A stretch of 64,000 nt of DNA from NCBI GenBank assembly GCA_963828255.1, contig CAWHDZ010000011.1, forward strand, positions 192,001 through 256,000, written 5' to 3'. Below are positions 56,485-64,000 of the stretch, in pieces. This stretch comes from an uncultured delta proteobacterium (GTDB taxonomy: Bacteria; Myxococcota; Myxococcia; Myxococcales; Anaeromyxobacteraceae). The translations under genes and the position numbers were made by a program. Below the pieces are notes generated by a model that made no database searches, was not told the DNA's origin, and worked only from the letters and a program-made list of their open reading frames with translations. Within the stretch, counting starts at the first letter, position 1; every line of letters starts with the position of its first letter.

Positions 56485-57521
56485 CGCCCACCACCTCGTC
56501 GCCGTCGTAGAAGACCGCGGCCTGCCCGGGGGCGACGCCCCGCACGGCGGCGCGCAGGCGGACCTGCGCCCTCCCCCCGGCCTCCGGCATGACCTCTCCC
56601 TGCTCTCCATCGTGCCTGTGGCGCACCCGGACCAGGAAGGAACGTGGTCCGGCCGGGGGTGCCCCTGCCGACCAGCGGACCTCCTCGACCTGGAACCGCT
56701 CGCTCCCGGCCTCGGCCGCGGTCCCCACCACCACCCGGGCGGAACCGGGCTCGATCCGGACCACGTAGGACGGTTCGCCCCGGGCCACGCCGAGCCCGCG
56801 CCTCTGACCCACGGTGAACCGGTGCACGCCGCCGTGCCGCCCCAGCACCCGCCCCTCCCCGTCCACCACCTCCCCGGGGCGCGCCGACCCGGGACGCCTG
56901 AGCTCGACGAACCGGCCCGCGTCGCCGTCGGTGACGAAGCAGAATCTCCTGCGACTCGGCCTTCTCGGCCGTGGAGAGGCCGGCGCGGGCGGCCAGCTCC
57001 CGCACCTCGCCCTTGGTCAGGCTCCCCACCGGGAAGATCAGGTCCGCGAGCTCGGCCTGCCCCAGCCCGTGGAGAAAGTAGCTCTGGTCCTTGCGGGGAT
57101 CGGCGCCGGCCAGCAAGGCCAGCCTGTCCCCGCGGCGCTCCACCCGCGCGTAGTGGCCGGTGGCGAGCCTGGCCCCCAGCGCGCGGGCCCGGCGCAGCAG
57201 CCAGTCGAACTTCACCTCGGCGTTGCAGGTGATGCAGGGGTTGGGGGTGAGCCCGGCCAGGTAGTCGTCCACGAAGCGGTCCACCACGCGGCGGCCGAAC
57301 TCCTCCTCCACGTTGGCGACGTAGAAGGGGATCCCCAGGTGGCGAGCCACCGCGCGGGCGTCCTCGAGATCGTCGGGGGAGCAGCAGGAGCGCCCCCGGG
57401 CAGGGTCGGAGGCGTCGCGGACCCGCATGGAGACGCCCAGCACCTCGTGCCCCTGGGCGACCAGGAGGGCCGCGGCGGCCGACGAGTCCACGCCGCCCGA
57501 CATGGCCACGAGCACCCGCAC
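56462..57521 (-). pseudogene. mnmA: tRNA 2-thiouridylase with a single +1 frameshift (sequencing error or pseudogene)
   Basis: [24 protein letters not shown]; an extra base at 56943-56944 breaks ESQEICF; C-terminal [10 protein letters not shown] and PGQAAVFY lie in the shifted frame. Confidence 0.9.
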
Positions 57522-57525
57522 CGGC

Positions 57526-58740
57526 CTAGCCCGTCGCCGCCTGGAGGGGAATCTCGAGGACGAACTTGGAGCCGGTGAACTGGCGCCGCACCCCCTCCGA
57601 CTGGGCGCGCGGCGGGCTCTCCAGCGAGATGGTCCCCCCGTGGGCCTCGACGATGCGCCGCGCCACCGGGAGTCCCAGGCCGCTCCCGGGGTGCTTGGCC
57701 CTCTCGTCCTTCCCCGCGGCGTGGGAGAAGGGCTCGAAGACGTGCTTCTGCTCCTGCGGAACGATGCCCGGCCCCTGATCCGACACGGCGAAGCGCAGCG
57801 CCCTGTCGTCGCGCTGGACCTCCACGAGCACCTCGCCGCCGTGCGGGGAGAACTTCACGGCGTTGCCCACGACGTTGGCGAGAGCTTGCCGGAGCTTGCG
57901 GGGGTCGGCGGTGATGGGGCCGCCCCCGGCCTTCTGCACGGCGACGTGGAGCCGGGCCTCGCGGATGGCGGGGCGGAGGTCGGCCACCACCTCCTCGGCG
58001 AGGGCGTCGGCATCGACGTCGGCGGGGAAGAGCGCCGCGTCGGAGGACTGGAGCGTGGCGAAGTCGGACAGGTTCTCCACCACGCGGGTGAGGCGGCCGG
58101 TGGCTCCCTGGATCGACTCGAGGATGCGCGCCTGCTGCGCCGAGAGCGGCCCGAGCTTGTTGGACGCGAGGATCTTGAGGTACCCCGACATGGGCGTGAG
58201 CGCCGTGCGGAGCTCGTGGGCCAGGTTGCCGATGAAGATGCGGCTGAGCCGGTCCCGCTCGAGGCAGCGCTCCTCCCACCCCCGGGCGTCCTCGAGGGCG
58301 TGCTCGAGGTGGTTCACCATGGCCGCGGAGAGGGCGCGGAGCCCGGCCCGCTCCCCGGCCTCCGGAAGACGCTCCCGCTGCCCTCCCAGCACCGCGTGGA
58401 CCTCGGCCAGCAGCCGGGCGTCGTCCACCGGCCGGGCCAGGAAGGCGTCGGCCCCGGCGGCGAGCGCCAGGTCGTGCTCGCTGGCGGCGTCACCGAGCGC
58501 CAGGAAGGGCACGCTGGCCAGGGCCTTCTCCTGCTTCAAGCGGCTGGCGATCTCCACGCCGTCGATGTCCGGGAGGTGGACGTCCGCGATGACCAGGTCG
58601 GGGGGCAGGTTGAGCGCCCGCTGGATGCCTGCCAGGCCGGACGATGCCTCGTCCACCGCGAAGCCATCGGACTCGAGGAGCCGGCGGACGCGCGCGCGGA
58701 AGGGAAGGTCGCTCTCGATGCAGAGGATGCGCTGGGGCAT
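57526..58740 (-). CDS. Hybrid response regulator-histidine kinase
   Basis: N-terminal receiver ([10 protein letters not shown]), H-box AHELRT, NAVKFS, DQGPGI, GSGLGL. Confidence 0.92.
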   Translation of the reverse strand: MPQRILCIESDLPFRARVRRLLESDGFAVDEASSGLAGIQRALNLPPDLVIADVHLPDIDGVEIASRLKQEKALASVPFLALGDAASEHDLALAAGADAFLARPVDDARLLAEVHAVLGGQRERLPEAGERAGLRALSAAMVNHLEHALEDARGWEERCLERDRLSRIFIGNLAHELRTALTPMSGYLKILASNKLGPLSAQQARILESIQGATGRLTRVVENLSDFATLQSSDAALFPADVDADALAEEVVADLRPAIREARLHVAVQKAGGGPITADPRKLRQALANVVGNAVKFSPHGGEVLVEVQRDDRALRFAVSDQGPGIVPQEQKHVFEPFSHAAGKDERAKHPGSGLGLPVARRIVEAHGGTISLESPPRAQSEGVRRQFTGSKFVLEIPLQAATG

Positions 58741-58814
58741 GGTGGGGGGCTTCCGGACGGGTTGGGATGATAGTCCCGCCCTGCCCCGGCGGCTCCGGAA
58801 AACGACGCGTCGGG

Positions 58815-60188
58815 TCAACCCTTCCCGGCGCCCGCGAGGTCCGCCGGCCGCCCCTCCCCCCAGGAACGCAACCTGGCGGAAAGGCGGGCCTTCGTGTTCG
58901 TGGCGGGCACTTCCAGGACCTCGTCGAGGAGGAGGCGCAGGGCCTCCCCGACCTCCCTCCCCGATATTCCGGGAAGGAGGTCCATGACTTCCTTCCCGCC
59001 CAGCGCCAGCTCGGCGACCGAGAGCGGCGCGCCGCTGCGGAGCTCGGCCGCCACCCTGGCCGCGAATCTCCGGACCTCGGCGACACGCGTCGCCGTCCGC
59101 GCCCCCTGGTGCCGGGCGTCGGCCTTCCAGAGCGCGAGGAAGAGCGGGGCCCGCTCGCGCCCGACCGACGCGAGCCAACGCCTCGTTCCCGCGTGGCCAC
59201 CGTTTCCTTCGGATGGCCCCTTCTCGTCGAGCCCGCAGCGGCCGCCCGAGAGGGCGACGACGCCGGTGGCGAGCCGGTTGGGCAGGCGAAGCTCGACCAC
59301 CGCCTGCATGGCCTCCTCCGACGGGAGCACATGGAGGAGCGCAGCCATCCGGAGCAGGCGGCAGCGCTCCCGCGCCTCGTCCGGAACGGCGCCTCGGGGC
59401 GTCGGGAAGGGCTCGGAGGCGACGGCGAGCGCGTGCCGGACCCGGGCGGTCGGCAGGGCGGCGAGGCGCGGCAGCACGACCGGGAGGAGGCCGGTGGCCG
59501 CGAGGGCGGCGATCCCGCTGGCGGCGTGGGGCCCGACGAGCAGTCGCGACAGCTCCTCCGCCACCCGCTCGCGGGAGACCAGGGCGACCACCTGGAGCGC
59601 CCCCGGGATGGCGTCGCGGGTCTGCGGTGCGAGCCGGAATCCCAGCTGGGAGACGAAGCGCACGCCCCGCATCGGGCGGAGCCCGTCCTCGGCGAAGCGC
59701 TCGCGCGGGTCGCCCACCGCCCGGATGAGCTTCCGGGCGAGGTCGGCCCTGCCACCGTGGGGGTCGCGCAGCTCCCCCGAGAGCGGGTCCCAGGCCATGG
59801 CGTTCACGGTGAAGTCGCGCCGGGCCAGGTCGGCCTCGAGGTCGTCGTGGAAGGTGACCCGGCTCGGGCGGCGTCCGTCCACGTAGGCCTCCTCCCCGCG
59901 GAAGGTGGTCACCTCGACCCGCGCCCCTCCCTCGACGACGGTCACGGTTCCGTGGTCGATGCCGGTCGGGATCACCTTGCGGAAGAGGGCCTGCACCTCC
60001 GTGGGAGTGGCCTTCGACGCCACGTCGAACTCGCCGGGATCGTGGCGGGTGCGGTCGAGGAGGAGGTCGCGGACCACGCCCCCGACCAGCCAGGCGCGGT
60101 GGCCGGCATCCGTCAGCCTCCGGAGGACGCCGAGCACCGGCGGCGGGACGGCGGCGGGGCGGAGTCGCGGGTTTCCCGGGGATGCCAT
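58815..60188 (-). CDS. cca: tRNA nucleotidyltransferase (CCA-adding/poly(A) polymerase family)
   Basis: GGVVRD, EVTTFR, DLARRDFTVNAMA, RFAEDGLR. Confidence 0.9.
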   Translation of the reverse strand: MASPGNPRLRPAAVPPPVLGVLRRLTDAGHRAWLVGGVVRDLLLDRTRHDPGEFDVASKATPTEVQALFRKVIPTGIDHGTVTVVEGGARVEVTTFRGEEAYVDGRRPSRVTFHDDLEADLARRDFTVNAMAWDPLSGELRDPHGGRADLARKLIRAVGDPRERFAEDGLRPMRGVRFVSQLGFRLAPQTRDAIPGALQVVALVSRERVAEELSRLLVGPHAASGIAALAATGLLPVVLPRLAALPTARVRHALAVASEPFPTPRGAVPDEARERCRLLRMAALLHVLPSEEAMQAVVELRLPNRLATGVVALSGGRCGLDEKGPSEGNGGHAGTRRWLASVGRERAPLFLALWKADARHQGARTATRVAEVRRFAARVAAELRSGAPLSVAELALGGKEVMDLLPGISGREVGEALRLLLDEVLEVPATNTKARLSARLRSWGEGRPADLAGAGKG

Positions 60189-60254
60189 CGTGGTCTACCC
60201 AAAGCCGAAAAGACCGGCGGGGTCCAGTCCCCCGGTGCTGATATCCTTCCTGGC

Positions 60255-62078
60255 ATGAGGGACGAGGGGCGCCCGGCGCCTGGAGCCGTGACCCGCCTGC
60301 TCGAGGAACTGGCGGATGCCCCGCCCTCCGAGGTGGGGGAGGGATGGAGCAGCTGGCTCGCACCCGGAGTGAAGGTCGGGCCGGTCGAGCTGGTCCGCGA
60401 GATCGGCCGGGGCGGCTTCGGCGTGGTCTGGGAGGCGGTGGACCGGCAGTCCGGCAGGCACGTGGCCTTCAAGGCGGTTCGCCCCGGCGGGAAGGCGGGC
60501 ATCCGCGAGGCGCGCCTGCTCCACGAGGCGGAGGTCGCGGGGAGGATCGTCCACCCCGGGATCGTCTCCCTCCTCGACGTCGGGCAGGGCGCCCACGGCC
60601 CCTACCTGGTGCTGGAGCTCCTGCGCGGCTGGACCCTCGCCGAGCGGCTCGACTACGGGCCCCTCCCGCCCTCGGAGGCGCTGCGCATCGTCCTGGCCAC
60701 GACCCGCGCGGTGGCGCACGCCCATGCGAACGGAGTGGTCCATCGCGATCTCAAGCCGGCCAACGTCTTCCTCTGCGAGGACGGCGCGGTCAAGGTCCTC
60801 GACTTCGGGCTGGCCCACGCCTTCGGTCAGGCGCGGTCCGGCGGCGGAACGCCGGCGTACATGGCCCCCGAGCAGTGGCGAGGCGCCCCGGAGGACGAGC
60901 GGACCGACGTCTTCGCTCTCGGCGTCCTTCTCCACCGGCTGCTGGCCGGGGAACCACCCTTCCTGGACGACGGAGGCCGGACCGCGCAGGGCCCCGAACC
61001 GGCGCCGGCCCTGGAGGTCGCGGGCGCCCCCTCGATCGGACCCCTCCTCCAGCTCATGCTGAAGAAGGACCCGGTGGACCGGCCGCGGGACGCCGGGCAG
61101 GCCCTTCCCGGGATCGAGGCCGCCATCGAGGAGCTCTCCCGCGCCCCGGCCGCCGTGGCCTCGGTGCCGGTGCGTGTGCGTCGGGTTCCGACCGCCGACG
61201 CCCGGGCCTACGATTTCTGCCAGCGCGCCCGGCAGTTCCTCAAGGTCCCGCGGAAGGCCAACCTCCGCTTCGCCTGCGAGATGTTCTCGAAGGCGACCGA
61301 GGTCGATCCGCTCTACGCGCCGGCGCACGCCGGCCTGGCCGGGGGCGCGGCCCAGTTGCAGATGCTCTACCCGTCCCCGGATGGGGAGCAGCTCCGCATC
61401 GCCGAGGCGGCCAGCCTCCGGGCCCTGGAGCTCGATCCGGGGCTCGCCGAGGCCCACGCCGCCCGCGGGCTCACCCTCTTCCTCTCCCGGCGCGTCGAGG
61501 AGGCCGAGAAGGAGTTCCTCATCGCCATCGCGGCCAATCCCTCCCGCCCGGAGGCCCGCTACTTCTACGCCCGCGCCTGCTTCCAGCAGGGGCGGCACGA
61601 GCTGGCCGCCCGCCTCTGCCGCGAGGCGAACGCCGTCCGGGAGGACTACCAGGCGGCCTTCTTCGCCGCCCAGGCCAGCGAGGCCGGGGGAGCGAGCGAG
61701 GCCGCGGCGGAGGCCTACCGGGTCGCGCTCGGAGTCTGCGAGCGCCACATGGAGATGAACCCCGACGACCCGAGGGCCGCGACGATGCGGGCCGTCTGCC
61801 TGGCCCGCACCGGGCGGCGGGAGGAGGGGCTCCACTGGGCGAGGCAGGCGCTCGCCATCGACCCGCTCGACGCCGGGGTCCGCTACAACGTGGCCTGCCT
61901 CTACGCCGTCGAGGGCGCCCTCGACGATGCGCTCACCTGCCTCGAGGAGGTGGTGCGGGCCGGGTTCCGGAACAGGGAGTGGATGGAACGCGACCCCGAC
62001 CTCTCGTCGCTGCGCGGGCAGCCCCGCTTCCAGGCGCTCATGGACGGAATGGCGGCCTCGCCGTCCGCCGGCCCTTGA
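60255..62078 (+). CDS. Ser/Thr protein kinase with C-terminal TPRs
   Basis: GRGGFG, VAFK, HRDLKPAN, DFG, GTPAYMAPEQ; TPRs ending YNVACLYA. Confidence 0.92.
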   Translation: MRDEGRPAPGAVTRLLEELADAPPSEVGEGWSSWLAPGVKVGPVELVREIGRGGFGVVWEAVDRQSGRHVAFKAVRPGGKAGIREARLLHEAEVAGRIVHPGIVSLLDVGQGAHGPYLVLELLRGWTLAERLDYGPLPPSEALRIVLATTRAVAHAHANGVVHRDLKPANVFLCEDGAVKVLDFGLAHAFGQARSGGGTPAYMAPEQWRGAPEDERTDVFALGVLLHRLLAGEPPFLDDGGRTAQGPEPAPALEVAGAPSIGPLLQLMLKKDPVDRPRDAGQALPGIEAAIEELSRAPAAVASVPVRVRRVPTADARAYDFCQRARQFLKVPRKANLRFACEMFSKATEVDPLYAPAHAGLAGGAAQLQMLYPSPDGEQLRIAEAASLRALELDPGLAEAHAARGLTLFLSRRVEEAEKEFLIAIAANPSRPEARYFYARACFQQGRHELAARLCREANAVREDYQAAFFAAQASEAGGASEAAAEAYRVALGVCERHMEMNPDDPRAATMRAVCLARTGRREEGLHWARQALAIDPLDAGVRYNVACLYAVEGALDDALTCLEEVVRAGFRNREWMERDPDLSSLRGQPRFQALMDGMAASPSAGP

Positions 62079-62279
62079 TCGCCCAGGCCCGCGCTCCTCT
62101 CCCCTCCGGGGAGCGGGATGCTGAGGCAGGGCACGATCGGGCGGGCGATGAGGTTCAATCCCTCGGTGAGCTCCCCCCAGCGCGGCCGCGATGCTGCCGG
62201 AGAGCATGGGACCGGACTCGACCAGATCCCGGTCCCGCTCCGCCAGTGAAACGTTGGGGCCCTGCCGCCCCGGGGAAAG

Positions 62280-62326
62280 TGGTGGCCCCGACGTGACTCG
62301 AACACGTGGCCTACGGTTTAGGAAAC
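62280..62326 (-). mobile_element. 3' half of tRNA-Arg(CCT), probable att site of an integrated element
   Basis: Minus strand reads TTCCTAA-ACCGT-AGGCC-ACGTG-TTCGAGT-CACGT-CGGGGCC-A-CCA; no D-arm or 5' acceptor strand upstream. Confidence 0.8.
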
Positions 62327-62408
62327 GTTCTTGAACCCTAATGGGTCCAGGTGGTTAGTCGATTGGCGTAGGTTTCATGGGGTCCCCTTGCCTCCCGATG
62401 AGCCGCCC

Positions 62409-62461
62409 TGGTCCCACGGTGGTCCCACGCTGCACGCTTTCTAGGCAGCGGTGGTCCCACG
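62409..62461 (+). repeat. Three TGGTCCCACG direct repeats (candidate integrase arm sites)
   Basis: Exact 10-mers at 62409, 62420 and 62452. Confidence 0.7.
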
Positions 62462-62584
62462 GTCTGCGCTCGCTAGTGACTCTCGGTAACCGGAGGAGGT
62501 GGAGGCGGGAACCCGTTGGCGATCTGGGTCCCCTTCCCCCCGCGAAGCCGCGGGGGTCTGTTCGTGGACGGCAAGGGTGAGTGG

Positions 62585-63079
62585 CTACCTCGTGCCCGAG
62601 AAGTATCCGGTGCCCCAATACCACTCGTTCTCCCCCAGATCGCTGCACCCCCGGACCATTACCCCGATCGTGATCTCGACGGTTCGGGTGGCGGCATCCA
62701 GCGCCGCAGAGATGGTCCCGATCTCCAGGGTATTCCCGGTCCCGCACGGCAGGTCGATCAGGCAACTGGTTTTGCCGTCCCCTGACGCCCGGTACGGCGA
62801 CGCAGCCGGGACGTAGATGAAGGCTGATGCAGCCGGGATGGCGGCACAGATTCCGGTCAACGAAATCCTCACAACACCAGCCCCGGGATTCGAAAGCGAG
62901 AGCGCCCCCACCTTGGTCACGGTGGCGAGCCGTGGCGACGTCAAAACGTAACTCCCCGCATAGGTGCCTTCCCACGCTGCGGCCGGATCGGGAGGGGGTG
63001 GAGCCGGTGCCGTATCCGCGCCCCCCCCGCACGCTGCGACCAAGAGCGCGACAACGACAACCACGATTCGGGTGTGCAT
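62585..63079 (-). CDS. Putative lipoprotein (cargo of the integrated element)
   Basis: MHTRIVVVVVALLVAAC lipobox; GGAG RBS; beta-rich with 4 further Cys. Confidence 0.7.
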   Translation of the reverse strand: MHTRIVVVVVALLVAACGGGADTAPAPPPPDPAAAWEGTYAGSYVLTSPRLATVTKVGALSLSNPGAGVVRISLTGICAAIPAASAFIYVPAASPYRASGDGKTSCLIDLPCGTGNTLEIGTISAALDAATRTVEITIGVMVRGCSDLGENEWYWGTGYFSGTR

Positions 63080-63583
63080 GGTGTCTCCAGTCGAGGGTCC
63101 GTCGCGGCGCTGGCCGCAGAGACATCCTCCCTACCTGACGGACCTGGGCGCCGCTGGTGACTCCCGGATGGGGATGGCACCCAGATGGCCGCCCTGCACT
63201 CTAAGTGGAGCAGATGGGTGGCCTATCCGTTGAGTCGCCAGGGGCGGCGTGCGAGCGGGCCGGATTGGCGAGGAGGTGGGGGGCGGGAACCCGCTTGCGT
63301 TCCGGGGACCCGTTCCGCTGATCGACGGGGTGGCCTCGCACACGCCAGCGCCGCGCATCTTCCTCCTCTCAACGACCCTGTTCCACCTTGGGTTTACTGG
63401 AACGGATCCGAACGGTTCTTCATGGGGGGCGGGGGTCCGATCCTGGAGCGGGGACGGCGACGACGACGAGCGGCCCGGCGCAAGACGGCACCCCCCCCTC
63501 CCTCCCTGACAACTGCGCACACTCGTAGTGTGGCCCGCACGGGGTCTTGTAGGCTCGATGGGCGGCATGGGATCTTGCCCCGC

Positions 63584-63784
63584 ATGATCGTCAGCGACTC
63601 GTTCCTCGACAGACTCACCACCCTCGCCACCGACCCCGCAGCGCAGCCGGCGCTTGCTACCGAGCTTCGTGCCTGGATGGACGTTGCCGACGTAGCCCGC
63701 GCCAGGGTATTCGCCCTGGTAGACGATGGCGACCTTGCCGGCGCCGTGGCCCTGCTCGCCGGGTTTCATGAGGCCGACTCGTGA
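63584..63784 (+). CDS. Small hypothetical protein
   Basis: Helical MIVSDSFLDRLTTL...; GTGA overlap with the next ORF. Confidence 0.45.
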   Translation: MIVSDSFLDRLTTLATDPAAQPALATELRAWMDVADVARARVFALVDDGDLAGAVALLAGFHEADS

Positions 63785-64000
63785 TCGCGACCAAGGCGTT
63801 CGCAAAGCGCATCGCTGGGCTTCGCTCCCGCTGCGAGCGAGAGGGCTACAACGGGACGGCTGGCGACCAGCTGCGTCGCGAGGTGGCCGCCTGGGTCAGC
63901 GTGTGCCGACGAGTCGCTACCCTTGCCGAGAGGGACCTTGTGGCCGGCGACCTCGACAGCGCGACCGAGACAGTCCGCACCTCTTCCCGCTTCACCCTTG
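63781..64000 (+). CDS. Hypothetical protein running off the window
   Basis: GTG overlaps the previous stop; frame open to the window end. Confidence 0.4.
   Translation, partial: MIATKAFAKRIAGLRSRCEREGYNGTAGDQLRREVAAWVSVCRRVATLAERDLVAGDLDSATETVRTSSRFTL

Noticed and set aside
58815..60188. Split CC-adding enzyme
   Set aside because: The flexible loop (EEAYVDGRRPS) is present, so the CC-only deletion signature is absent; specificity cannot be determined from sequence alone.
62280..62360. Complete tRNA-Arg gene
   Set aside because: The 5' anticodon-stem strand does not pair, and there is no D-arm or 5' acceptor strand; only the 3' half is present.
63420..63505. G-run/C-run segment resembling a phage packaging (cos) region
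   Set aside because: No terminase or HNH gene is visible in the window to support it.

Overview
A very GC-rich bacterial chromosome segment. Gene content and order (Hsp70 paralogue, TIGR04563-like small protein, PilZ, Ser/Thr kinase, sigma54 regulators, HNH-family remnant) point to Myxococcota, probably Anaeromyxobacter-like; this is an inference. Most of the window is core housekeeping: clpX, truA, gap-pgk-tpiA-secG, tRNA-Leu, argS, hisC-cmk-ispH-rpsA-sppA, accA, miaA, hisS, psd, hutUI, tilS-ftsH-folP-glmM-pdxJ-acpS-nnr-tsaE, amtB, lysine-fermentation genes kamD/kamE/kal/kce, mtaB, mnmA and cca. Highlights: (1) a sulfur-relay cluster (DsrE, ThiF, TusA, ThiF, JAB, CysC, LarE) whose two E1-like genes look reciprocally incomplete, predicting a heterodimeric E1 like eukaryotic SAE1/SAE2 or APPBP1/UBA3; (2) an unannotated ~90-nt three-hairpin RNA with its own sigma70 promoter, a C-rich loop and a terminator/antiterminator alternative; (3) twin NtrC-box/sigma54 promoters linking amtB with an unknown beta-barrel protein; (4) a 3' half of tRNA-Arg(CCT) with arm-like repeats, marking the edge of an integrated element at the right end; (5) a frameshifted mnmA and a deleted HNH pseudogene. 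No CRISPR array or rRNA was seen. Start codons were chosen by eye and are approximate.
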